From contig NC_068987.1 in the NCBI RefSeq assembly GCF_001194135.2, forward strand, positions 100,581,371-100,645,370: a stretch of 64,000 nucleotides of DNA, written 5' to 3'. The position numbers and the translations under genes were made by a program. The notes below the pieces were generated by a model, which saw nothing but the letters and a program-made list of their open reading frames with translations, searched no databases and was not told where the DNA came from. Source of the stretch: Octopus bimaculoides (Eukaryota). Shown here one piece after another: positions 11,775 to 24,160 of this stretch (its first letter is position 1; the number at the start of each line of letters is the position of its first letter).

Positions 11775-12229
11775 CATGTAAATTTATTTGTCCTCGTATA
11801 AAGATGGGCTGATTTGCTTGTCAGTTGCTTGACCTTAACCAGTTGAGTGTCCCTTAGCCGCTGACGATATGTGCACCTCTGATCACGAGCAGGAGCAGTG
11901 GAGGAGCATCATAGCTATGTGATGAGAAAAATTATTTGGGGTTCGGATATTTCACCTCTGGGTGTTTTGTTCAACATCCTTAAACAACCCTTTTTATTCA
12001 GGCACCTTTTCAGGGAGATGGGTTACTCAACCTGAAGAGAATTCTAACTTGGCTCCACTTGCAAGGTCATGCACTGTTAATCTTGAGATGAAATCAGCTT
12101 TTCGAGAACATGTGGTTCTGATACATGTGCCTGGTGTACCCTAATCAGACGAGTAGTAATGATGGGTAAAATGGGCTTCGTATATTTTACCCCAGTGTCA
12201 CTTTGATGTCACACACTGCACTCTCACTC

Positions 12230-12230
<1 letters not shown>
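11775..12230 (+). mobile_element. Non-coding (AAT)n-tailed interspersed repeat (family E), copy 1
   Basis: Aligns by eye along its length with 40930-41400 and ends in CTCTCACT+(AAT)n in both copies. Confidence 0.8.
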
Positions 12231-12284
<54 letters not shown>

Positions 12285-12370
12285 GTAATAGGAAGAAAAC
12301 GAAGAAGAAGAGGAAGCAGAAGCAGAAGAAGAAGAAGAAGAAGAAGAAGAAGAAGAAGAAGAAGAAGAAG

Positions 12371-12416
<46 letters not shown>

Positions 12417-12420
12417 ATTA
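12231..12420. repeat. Compound microsatellite (AAT)n-(GAA)n-(CAA)n
   Basis: Direct reading. Confidence 0.97.
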
Positions 12421-15341
12421 CATTAATAATAGTAATGCAGGTAACTGCATAAAAACGCTTATGATTATCCGTCATCTCTATGATGAACTAATCTCTCATA
12501 CTTCATACCCTTCCCAGCTTGATAGCGTCATTGCATTGACAAAATTGAAAAATGTTATAAAACTGTTACACACTGACTATGAGACGAGGAAGACTAACAA
12601 GTGAAACAAATTATTTGGATATCTGAAAATGTCATCCACATGTTGCACTTTTTCGCATTCTACGGCTATTTAACGAAAAGTTGATGGCAACAATTTTGAT
12701 GGAAATGTATCCGGATGCGAATGAAATTGAGATATTTTGATCGAGTGAGCATATCTTTAAAATTTATCTCATTAGTAAGAAGACGTACTGTGTCAACGCC
12801 ATATATACAGTGCCAGCTATGACATACCGCTCCAAAATATTCACGGTATTAAACATGAAAGAATTATTATTTTTAAATTCTCACACAAAACATCCGCTAA
12901 AATAACCACAGACTACATAGACAATGTATGCTTTAATATTTGTACATTCCTCTAAAAAATGAGTATGGGGATTATTGATATTCGGGATTAATTCTAAACA
13001 CTATATACAACTAAAGTATATAGTCACTATGTTCCAACCCCCAAAACCGATTTAAATTTTGAATATCTATATGTTGATTTTTAAGTTGCAGCGAAAACGA
13101 ATATATCGATGATTGGGAGATCAAATAAACAAATAAAATCAAACTATAAGTCGCCAATATTTTTAGCGACAGTATGTTCAATAGCAAATAGAAACATCTT
13201 TGAACTGGATGCAGCAATTCAGTTGAAATGTAACAACAATATTTACACTGCATGAGCATACCAACAACACTAGACATATCGACAGAGATCTTAAAAAATG
13301 TTACAATTGAGATCAAACAGGTCACGTCTGTGGATCATTTCCTGACAAATTACATTATATGTTATGCTATTCTCTCATTCAATGTCCGGAGATCGAGTAA
13401 TGTAGCAAATTGCACCACATAGTCCTTAGTAACCAATATTCTATTGCTTCAGGGACAAAGTCTTGAATATCTAGCGATCTCAAATGCGAAGATATAGAAC
13501 TTTAGTATACAAACATACCACCATATTTCACATATTAAACCTGATATCTTTACCAATGACAAACATGACAATGACATATTCATTATCGACCTACCATTAC
13601 CAAGGTTGATAATGTACACGCTATTCATAATTGAATATGTTGTGCAGAAGCAACTGAAATGGTATGGAATTACATCAACCTCGTTGAACTAAAAACAAGG
13701 CAGCTCATAATTATGTCTGTCATCCTTTGAAAATAACACAATGACACAGAGATAGAAAGATACAGAAAGAGAGAAAGAGAGAAAGAGAGAGAGAGATGGA
13801 TAGAGGGAGCGAAAAGAGAGGGACATAGTAAGACAGAGATAGAGGGAGAGATAAGCAGCCATTTCTTTAAGAACATCTTGACAAAGAACATCGATTTGTA
13901 TCATAGAAGCCATTGTGAGATATCTCACCAATTCTCGCACATTTGCTAAACTTGAATATAATTTTGTAAATCATGAAGTTATATGAATACTTGAAATCCC
14001 GAAATGCATATAAATATATCTAACAAACTAATCATAAATTATACCTTCAAATTTATATGTGAAACGTTCAGTGATTTTGAATTCACCGATAGAATTATAT
14101 TTTTAAAAAATTGCGTTAGAGTTACAGTGCTGATACTGAAAAAACTATACACATAGGATATAATCAACCAACCACTGCAAAGGATCCATATTGCCAGAAA
14201 GAGACAGCAGGTATGTGCATGGCCAGATGTTGAGGATTTATATTTAGATATCTAGAAAAGATAAATGATTACTATAATAAGGGAACTTGAAGAATGTTGT
14301 TTATATAATAAAGAAAAATGTATACGATTGGATAACAGTAAAAGCGGTTACAGGAAGGCAAAGTCAAACTGGCAGCCTCAAATGCACAGATCAGTAGTAA
14401 AAACCCACTTCGTTCAGAATATAGTTTACTACTCTCCATCCTATCGAATACATAAGTTATCAAAAAAGTAAATGTACATTTCTAACTCAAAATCAGAGAA
14501 ATGGCTCTATTGAGACACTAGAAGAACATTCTGGGTATATTAGTTTTAAGATTACGAGAGAAGAGTTGGTCAAATCATATTACGTTATGATTCTTCCAAC
14601 TTCCTTCTTCCAACACTTGGAAGTTTATCCCTCTCAGAATGGTTGTGATGAATCTCAGGCTCATCCTGTACTCGGCTAGGCTTGGGTTTTCAGGCCAACC
14701 TACGAATTGCCACTTCCCTCCTCACTAACGATCTTGGATTGTAGACCCATTGGTCCTACCAACGGTGGTCGCGATCTTTATCGGTTCGGGCGTTGCAGCG
14801 CTAGTCACCAGATATCTCTCAAAATCCTATGTTCTCGCTTCTATCATAAGATACGTATCGTCAGCGACACCCCGGTAACTTCACAGCTTTATCCTATTTT
14901 ATACATATCCTATATTATTCTTATATTTCACAAGGGATAAACAAACTTTGCATTCAACAATAAACCGAATATTAATGCTGCACACCATCCATCGTACAAC
15001 TTCCTCATCAAACCCAGCTTTGTTATTGAACATTCTCTCATTCGCAGAAATATCACAAAAGTTGATATATTTCAAATATGCCTATATACATAAGCCATGG
15101 AAACCTAGATAGACTAGGGGTGTAGAGGTAGCTTTTAATTGATATACTGTAGAGATCATGTAGAAGTCCAAAATAACGTCTAAACAGATGGTTGTCTGTT
15201 GCATGGGCCAAACGAGACAGACGCATCCGTACACATTGACTCACCTGGGATAAATAAAGAACCCCCCTTATTGAATAGATATATAAACATCAATAAAAGG
15301 AACACTGGTAGAATATTTTCCTGAAAACTGCTCTAGGATCC

Positions 15342-15489
15342 GGCGGAGCTGTGTGGTGAGACTGTGTTACCCTAAGGCATGGCTCCGTATTTAGTACCAC
15401 TGCGAGGTACCTTGAGCAAATGATTTCTAGAGCCTCCACAGATTTGTGAGTGGTGTTTTCTAACGTAACTAAAAGAAACCAATTGTATA
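15342..15489 (+). mobile_element. Decayed tRNA-derived SINE (same family as 56206-56594)
   Basis: GGCGGAGCTGTGTGGT...CCACTGCGAGGTACCTTGAGCAA...TTGTGAGTGG matches the head and body of the 56 kb copy. Confidence 0.7.
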
Positions 15490-16406
15490 NNNNNNNNNNN
15501 NNNNNNNNNNNNNNNNNNNNNNNNNNNNNNNNNNNNNNNNNNNNNNNNNNNNNNNNNNNNNNNNNNNNNNNNNNNNNNNNNNNNNNNNNNNNNNNNNNNN
15601 NNNNNNNNNNNNNNNNNNNNNNNNNNNNNNNNNNNNNNNNNNNNNNNNNNNNNNNNNNNNNNNNNNNNNNNNNNNNNNNNNNNNNNNNNNNNNNNNNNNN
15701 NNNNNNNNNNNNNNNNNNNNNNNNNNNNNNNNNNNNNNNNNNNNNNNNNNNNNNNNNNNNNNNNNNNNNNNNNNNNNNNNNNNNNNNNNNNNNNNNNNNN
15801 NNNNNNNNNNNNNNNNNNNNNNNNNNNNNNNNNNNNNNNNNNNNNNNNNNNNNNNNNNNNNNNNNNNNNNNNNNNNNNNNNNNNNNNNNNNNNNNNNNNN
15901 NNNNNNNNNNNNNNNNNNNNNNNNNNNNNNNNNNNNNNNNNNNNNNNNNNNNNNNNNNNNNNNNNNNNNNNNNNNNNNNNNNNNNNNNNNNNNNNNNNNN
16001 NNNNNNNNNNNNNNNNNNNNNNNNNNNNNNNNNNNNNNNNNNNNNNNNNNNNNNNNNNNNNNNNNNNNNNNNNNNNNNNNNNNNNNNNNNNNNNNNNNNN
16101 NNNNNNNNNNNNNNNNNNNNNNNNNNNNNNNNNNNNNNNNNNNNNNNNNNNNNNNNNNNNNNNNNNNNNNNNNNNNNNNNNNNNNNNNNNNNNNNNNNNN
16201 NNNNNNNNNNNNNNNNNNNNNNNNNNNNNNNNNNNNNNNNNNNNNNNNNNNNNNNNNNNNNNNNNNNNNNNNNNNNNNNNNNNNNNNNNNNNNNNNNNNN
16301 NNNNNNNNNNNNNNNNNNNNNNNNNNNNNNNNNNNNNNNNNNNNNNNNNNNNNNNNNNNNNNNNNNNNNNNNNNNNNNNNNNNNNNNNNNNNNNNNNNNN
16401 NNNNNN

Positions 16407-16438
<32 letters not shown>

Positions 16439-17404
16439 TGCATACATTGATACGTACATTGTTCACTTACATGAAAACTAAAGGAAAAGCTTTGTTAGGA
16501 TACCATTACAAATAGCCCACAACAAAACTTACCAATCAGGGTAAACTAAGAATGCTTTCAGGTGAGGCTGAGAGGTCAGGGAATTTTCGGAAAAGAGAAA
16601 CATGATAATTAATATGTGCCGTTTCGTCGGTATGCTAAATGAAAAATAACAGAAGTAACAGACAAACGCATGTGTTTGCTTTCACTAAAGCCAAATCCTG
16701 TTATATTTAAAGTAAACATAACCCGATGACATGTCACCTGATGCTTCGGTTTCGTGTGATTGTAAACATGCACATACTCAATGTGTATACATATGCACAT
16801 ATACGCCTATGTATATGTATGTGTGTATGAATGCGTGCGTGAGCGCATGTACAAGTGTATCTATATATGCAGATATATTTGTGCGTTTATATATGTATGT
16901 ATGTTTCTAGCTATCTATCTATCGATCCAAATTAACGAGGACATTTTGTTAGAACGCCGAATAGTACAATGTTCGCCCAAGGTATATAGACACGTTTATA
17001 TGACAGTACCTTTTAGCGCAAACAGCGTAGTATTCAACATCCTACGAATGCACCCACGTTAAGTTCAATATAACGATTGAATTGTATACATAATATCGAC
17101 AAAAGTACTCCAATTGTTTCTATTTTACCAGACCTAATAGAATGCAAAGCAAAATCGAGTTCGGCATAATTTGACCTTAGAATGCCAAGAATCGGAAGAA
17201 ATGTCGCTAAGTATTTTGTGTAACGTGCCACCGATTCTGTATCATTATTGTTTCAAATTATAGCACAAGGTCATTTACTTCAAGGGAAGGCTTCTCTCGA
17301 TTAAAATCATTCCATTTGTTGGCTGATACTTTTGAGACGATGAAATGCAAATTTGTCCTCGGTAAGATTTAAACTCTGAACGTAAAGTATATTGCACTTT
17401 TAAG

Positions 17405-18645
17405 TATTGTTCATCCCATCAATAAATAATGCGTTTTTTTTATAGCGTCTTTTATTTTTCAAAATTAAGATAAAGTTCTTTTTAATCTAAAGTGTAGTTT
17501 CCTTCATTTTCTACAAAGGTCTTCCATCTATCTGGTAGACTCACAAGTCTTCCCAGATTCACTTGTCCCTGACGAAAAATACTCCTCCACTACTGTTCTC
17601 ACCTTATCTGCAGAATTTATATTTTTTTCCCGTTCAATTGAATTTGAAGAAATCGGAATAAATGATAATCAGATGGCACAATGTCTGGCGAATATGGTGG
17701 GTGAGGCATCGTTTCCCATTCAAACTGCTGCAGCCTTTGGAACGTCACCTTCGTGGTGGCTGAGCATTATCCTGCTGGAAGAACACCTTTTGTCTTGAAA
17801 CCAAAGATAGTCGTTTGTCTTCTAGAGCTGATTTAAGCCGCTCAAGTTGCTCACAATAGATTTCCTTTGTTATCGTTTGGCTTGGGTTTAAGAGTTAAAA
17901 GTGGACTAAGCCATTCATATCCCACCAAACAGTTAACCACACCTTACGTGGGTAAAGTCCTTCTTTAGCATGGGGTGCCGGTGTTTCTCTTTTCCCTCCC
18001 CACTCTCTTCGGCGCTTGACATTTTTATAGAGAACTAATTTCTCGTCACCAATCACTATTCGGTCCAAAAATGTTTCATTCGTGAGACGTGACAACAAAG
18101 AAGAGCACATATTCCCTCTCTGTTCACGATTAGACTCGAAAAGTTTGTGATGAACTTAATGACCCAATTTGCTGACTTTTCTGATGTCACGTAGGTGTCG
18201 ATGAATGGTTGAATCATCAAATCCAAGCTTCTCCGGTAGTTCCTCAACAGTTACGATGGGAATTTGTTCCACCAAGTTTTGCACGATGTCGAAGTCCACG
18301 GATCTTAGAGGACGAGGCTCGTCTTCTAGGCTGCATTTTCCGGCTCGAAATTTCTGGAAGTACCGTTGACATTGGCTTACGCTTATTGTCCAATCTCAAT
18401 ATACAGCATTGATATTTCTCGCTCTTTGTGTTGCAATGTTGCCTTTATTGAACCCATAAAGCAAAATATGATGAATTGTCACTTCCATTCTAGCTTTGAA
18501 AAAATAACTGTTAAAATGGAACTGCACTCTTCCAAATTTGCTGTTAGTACAAGGCAAAACTACTACCTGCTTTTATAGTAACTTGATGGAGGTAGTTTAT
18601 CCAGTCCCACTCCGACTTTAATTCAGGCAATTGAAAAAAACGCAA
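17405..18645 (-). mobile_element. Mariner DNA transposon relic, near full length (transposase pseudogene 17482-18488)
   Basis: MEVT..HILLYGFNKG...QRYFQKFRAG...LEDEPR (HTH); FLDRIVIGDEKLVLYKN...LYPRKVWLTVWWD; C-terminus EGNYTLD*. Left TIR-like TATTGTTCATCCCATCAATAAATAATGCGTTTTTTT, and a partial inverted match AAAAAAACGCA at ~18634. Confidence 0.85.
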
Positions 18646-18670
18646 TACATTGCCCGATATGCTAACGATT

Positions 18671-19432
18671 ATTCGTAATAATGGTTTCAAATTTAGACAC
18701 AAGGCAAGCAATTTTTGGCATCGGGGTAAGTAGATTACATAACTGATAATCATTAAATCCACACCGAAGTGATGAAGGGCCAAGTCGACATAGCGGTATT
18801 TGAACACGGAACTTAGAGACGGGTGAGATTTTCCCCAATAATTCTTTCTACTATAGGCACAAGGTTTGATGTCTTAAGGGAGAGGCAAGTCTATAACATT
18901 AATCTACCTTGAAAAGATGAAAGATAAAGTCGACCTCGGCTGCATTTGAAATTAGAACGTAATGACAAACAAAATGAGATTAACCATTTTGCCTGGCATG
19001 CTAACGATTCTGCCAGCTGTTTTAAAATTCTTTGTAATAATGGTTTAAAATGTTGGAACAAAGTCAGAAATAATGTGGGAGGGGGTAATACGATTATATT
19101 CATCCCAGGATTTGACTACTATTCGTTTTTTCGACCCCGGAAGGACGAAAATCAGTTGACTCCGGTAGCATTTGAACTTAAAATCTGAAGAAATGCTGCT
19201 AAACATTTTCCCGACACGGTAACGGTTCTGCTAGCTCCTCGTTTTTACATGCTACCTAAATATAATTTCAAGTTTTGGCAAGAGATGAGTCGATTATATC
19301 GACACCTGTGCTCAACTGGTATTTATTTCATCGACCTCGAAATGTTAGAAGCAAAATCGACCTCGATGAAATTTGGACTTGCAATTTAAAAAAGGACGAA
19401 ATACCGCTATATATATTGTACGGCGTGCTAGA
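18671..19432 (+). repeat. Four head-to-tail diverged copies of the headless ~190-bp module
   Basis: Each copy shows variants of GGCACAAGG...GTCGATTA...GGATGAA.GGCAAAGTCGACCTCGG...TTTGAAC...GCTAACG at roughly 18675, 18845, 19040 and 19250. Confidence 0.7.
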
Positions 19433-19624
19433 AATGGAAGGAGTTTTATTCATGAAAAGTTTCACACAGCAAAGGAAGCGTTCAAATATCAGTATCACAA
19501 AGCATTTAAGAATTATATTCAAAAACATATAATGTTACTCATAATGTATTATACGGGTGTGTGTGGTGGATGCGTAGGTACGTGCGTGTGAGTGTGTATG
19601 TGTGCATGCGGGGGTGTGTGCATG

Positions 19625-19671
<47 letters not shown>

Positions 19672-19679
19672 GCTTATAT

Positions 19680-19865
19680 CGAGGCAGTGTAGTAAGGAGA
19701 TTGCTTCTCAATCACACGTTTCCGGGTTCAGTTTCATTGCATGGCATCTTGTCGGCCAAAGACTTGTGAGTGGATGTGGTAGACGGAAACTGAAAGAGGC
19801 CCGTCATGTATATGCATTTGTATCTATGCTTGTTTTCCCCTCATCACCGCTTGTCAATTGTTGTT
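19680..19865 (+). mobile_element. tRNA-derived SINE, internally deleted copy
   Basis: CCGGGTTCAGT B box, then GGCCAAAGACTTGTGAGTGGATGTGGTAGACGGAAACTGAAAGAGGCCCGTC, as in the 56 kb family. Confidence 0.8.
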
Positions 19866-20359
19866 AATACGCTGCGTCGAACACTCATAGTATTGTGGAA
19901 ATAGTTTGTCTTTCATCACATCTCTGCTTTCTCATTTTATTTTTTCGTGCGAAGAACAATGAACTTCATTGATATGAGGTAGAGATGTTCATCTGATCAT
20001 AAGACTTGCTTGCCTTATATTGGGGTATATTCTTTTCCGATATTCGCATAGCTCACTGTTTCTCGCAACACGTTACCCATTTTCTCTTCATTGCCTCTAG
20101 GTGACTTGTAGCGTTTCTGTCCTAGCCGAGAAAGGATCGATATCTTTCGATATTTCCGGTTATGCACATGCTGACACTATAGGGAATTCTGCCTTTGCGG
20201 TTTTCTTATGTTGTTATTGTGTAATCCCCTTTGCTCTTTCTGCTAGAAATACATTTCAATAACTTTTATTTATTGTTGACTGCATGAGAAAGATGTCAGC
20301 GAGAGTGGATTGTCTGCACTATTATATAAATCTTCATATGACACACATGTTCTTACACC

Positions 20360-20500
20360 CCATGTCAACTCGCCCGGCTTTATGTTTTGAACTCAAATTC
20401 CACCGTTGTCGACTTTGCGATCTATCCTTTTCGGATCGATGATAAATGTATCATTTGTAACGTCAGGATTATGTAAGTGAGTAGCCCCCTCCCCCATGCA
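20360..20500 (-). mobile_element. Headless module copy
   Basis: TTTTGAACTCAAATTCCACCGTTGTCGACTTTGC is the reverse complement of the family core. Confidence 0.6.
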
Positions 20501-22124
20501 CTAAACTCATTATTATTAGTAGTAGTAATAGTAGCGGTTGTAACAACTGTTGTTGTTGCTGTAGCTGCCGCTGCTGTAATAATTGTTCTCTTTGCTGAAA
20601 TAACAAGATTGTGTTTCTTGTGGTGCTCCTGAGAGATCTGAATATTATGGATAATTACCGCTTGTCTGTTGATAAAAGCTAACTCTTCCGTGAGGACAAA
20701 GATAAAATATGACACTGTATACGTAGGTGTTTATGTTTTTACCAAAGAGAAATTGCGATTTCTAAATAATAGCGTCGACATAGAAACAAAAAGGAGCATC
20801 ACATAAACACCATAAAAGCAAAAATTACGCAAATGAATAAAGAAATAAAGACTTGAAACAAAAGCCTGTTTCTTTATCATATTAAAGGAAAAGTTATTGA
20901 GATAATGAAATATATAACGTAGGTTTATTAACGATAAGTACAGCAGACATACACAAGTACCATTCTGTGCAAATGCTGTTATGACAGATATTGCATATTT
21001 TCTTTCTCTAGCCCTAGGAGCAATACGAACGATAAATTATGTTGTGTTTGGAAAAGGAAAATCAGTAAGATAGAATATGAGCTGGATAGCAAAAATCACG
21101 TTTATGTTTTTCTTTTCGAACCTGCTTTTCATCCTTTGTAACAAGGAGGAAACAATGTAGAAGAGGACAGATTTGTAGTTGTAGTTTTCGGAAGGAGCAC
21201 AAAGCAAGCTCTTGTTGCTCATAAATTGTTGACAACGAAACACGCTGGTCATTTCGTTAGCTCCTTCGTGACAAGTTAGGAGCAATTAAAATTGCTCAGC
21301 TCACAAGGCATTGTATGTGATCAGGTACAAATGTGCATACAAGTCGTTACAAATCTTCTAAATTGAAAAAAAAGAAACTAATCCAGACTCATTTCCCGTC
21401 ATACGTCCAGCAAACAAAACAAAAAAGGGGTTTACAGAAATAGTAGGACAGGAAGGTTCGTTGTTGTTCGTGAAGCTGCACATTCTACTTGAGATTTTTC
21501 TGCCGGAGAAAAGGTAAAATCCAAAAGAAAAAGTCAACGCAGAATACAGCTTCGAGGAATGTGATTTCAAAAGCAGCTTGAACGGTACCACATTTCGTAG
21601 TAGTGAAAAGCAACCAGAAAATCAGCCTAATTCCCACAAAAACACACTGATGATGGTATTCTATCTCTATTATCTCTGTGATCTAGTGAAGGACAAATGG
21701 GAATATAAAACTGCCAATAAGAAGGAGTCAAACGAAATTACGGTAGACTCATGAAGCAAATGTGAATTACAAAATAACTTACTTGTATGGGCTGCAAATT
21801 TCATTGGCTGACAATGAAGGAGCGATGCTAGAGCTATGAAATTTTGCATGCATTAAATTCAAATCATATTGATAATTGTATTGTTTCATTCTTGGTAAAA
21901 AGACATGTGTCAGTTCAAAGAAGATTTCAGAAGTAACTATTAAAGAACTCTTTTGAAATCGACAAAATTTGGCATCATGGTGATATCAAGTACCTGCTAA
22001 AAAAGGTTTAGCCCCAAAGACATTCATACTGACATGATTGCTAAATATGGGCATGAAGCTCCGGTTTTTCATCTATAAAAAGTGGTTAGTTTAAATTAGG
22101 AGGGGAAGAAGGGTTGAATATAAT

Positions 22125-23048
22125 CAAAACGTCTGGACGCCCTGCAACTGCCTCCACTGGGGAAAAACATGGATCGCATTAATCACATGCAATGGATGTC
22201 TGGTGATTGACAATAAATCAAATAGTCAATGCTATCCAATGACAGAGAGGAGAGTATTCCATACAATGAATTGACATAACGAAAGGTCCTGCATGGTGAC
22301 CACCAGGCCTTCTTACACCTGTTGAAAAATGCACTATCATAGGAAAGCTTCACATTCTCTGAAGGAAATCCAGATGGATTTCTTTAATATTTCCTCAACA
22401 AGAATTAGTGTTGACTTCATTACTTTGGGCCAGAGACAAAGATACATTCCATGAAGTGGAATACCCCTCCGTACCTGCTCCAAAGAAAGTCAAGGTTGTT
22501 TCATCTGCAGGGAAGGTGACCGTCTCAGTTTTTTTGGTATGCAAACGACATTGAGTTTATTGGCTATCTTCAAAAGGGCCACTCTATTGATGGAGAGTAC
22601 TATGCCAAAATGCTGAGGGGTTGACGAAAGGCTGTCAAGACCATACACCCAGGAAAACGTATGAAAATGGACTTGTTTCATCGGGACTTGTTTCCTCAGG
22701 AGTCCTTGATTTCGACAGTGACTATGTGTTACCGTGACTTTGAACTGGTTGATGAGCTTCCCTATTCTCCTATTTCGACCACATCTGGCTATTATCTGTT
22801 TGCCAACATTAGAAATAAGCTGTGGCTGCAAAGCAGTATTGTACTGATCATGACGTTATATCTGCTGTCGATGACATTTATTAGAAATAAGATGAAACAT
22901 TCTTCACCAATGGGATCCAAGCACGGCAACACAAATAGAAGACGTGTGTGGGGCGCAAAGGGTAATTATGCTGAAAAATAAACCTCATTGCCTCAACTTC
23001 CATGATAGAATCTTGGTCAGCCCATGAACATTTTAATCGACATGCGTA
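22125..23048 (+). mobile_element. Mariner relic, irritans/Himar-like, 5'-truncated
   Basis: SGRPATA...; PAPKKVKVVSSAGKVTVSVFW..N.I.FI.YLQKGHSIDGEYYAKML; LFHRD; LPYSP; ends GNYAEK*, then TIR-like GGTCAGCCCATGAACATTTTAATCGACATGCG-TA. Confidence 0.8.
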
Positions 23049-23289
23049 AGATTATCTTGTATCATAATTGTTCTGCAGTGTCTTTACCCCACCCATTAAG
23101 AAACAGTGCAGATGTATACCGTAATAATTGATTAACGTGCATTACCGCTGATGACACTGGTAGCCACAAGTGGTGAATGTTCTCTCAAGGCACACTACTA
23201 GGGACATACCCAAAATAATGTTTGGATACTACATTTTTATGTCTCCTATCTAAACTTTAACTTAAAACATAAGCTATATATACAAGCGC

Positions 23290-23580
23290 ACGCGCACTTT
23301 CATTTTGGGATCACCAATACTTTATTAACTGCCCTTCTTTCAACCTCTCCTGTTAAAACTTTTTTTTTCTCTCTAACCAGTCATCATACTTGACCGCTAG
23401 ATCCACATTTTTTTTCATTCTCTCTCTTTATTTTCTCTTATGCCTTTCAGTTGAAGAGCGTAGGCTCGAAACTTAAAAGCCTTTTTCACATTCCCGAGCG
23501 TCAAACTATTACACCTAGTTGTTGCTCATACACCTGTCTTCGTTTTTTTGTTTTTCTGTAAATTTCAACTATATATTATA
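23290..23580 (+). repeat. Penelope-terminal-like repeat containing a degenerate hammerhead skeleton (23444-23480)
   Basis: CTTT-CAGTTGA-A-GAGC-GTAG-GCTC-GAAAC-TT-A-AAAG: perfect stem II, GAAA, and a CTTT/AAAG stem I, within a pyrimidine-rich body. Confidence 0.45.
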
Positions 23581-23844
23581 CGCTCACGTGGTCACCCCAG
23601 TTTTATGCTGTTTTACCCCCCCCCCTTACTTTTGGGACTTACATATATCTTAGCTACTACCTGAACCTTCTGCATCTCTCCTCATCAACATACCCACACT
23701 CCATCCGGATTACCACTGGATGTACTGATTCACTCTCACGGATTCCACTGAACTCTTTCGTTGATATAAAATCTTTCCAATATACCATGACTTCTGAAAA
23801 TATTTTAACTTTTCGAACCTTTTGAACTTTTAAATTTTTCATAC

Positions 23845-24160
23845 TCCGCACGTTATTACTTTGCTGAATGTTTTTCTCAGTTCTTTTGGTTGCGGATCTC
23901 CCAGAACATTCGTCCGTATCGACATTTTGTGGTCATCTTGGAAACGTCCAAACCACTTGTACACTGGTGTGTGCTCATACACTCCTCTCCATATACTTTT
24001 TGAAACTTTGAGTAGGCCTCTGAGCAGGTATTGAAAAGCTTTTGGCAAAATTTGATGCAGATTCTGCGCTCAAATTTCTCTCTCATAATCAATGCGATGA
24101 TCACACGCTAAACACCTTCCTTTCAAGCACTACTGTAAACAGCGCAAGTGAGATAGAATG
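23845..24160 (-). mobile_element. Mariner transposase N-terminal (HTH) fragment
   Basis: FERRICIKFCQKL..TCSEAYSKFQKVYGEECMS...VYKWFGRFQ. Confidence 0.75.
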
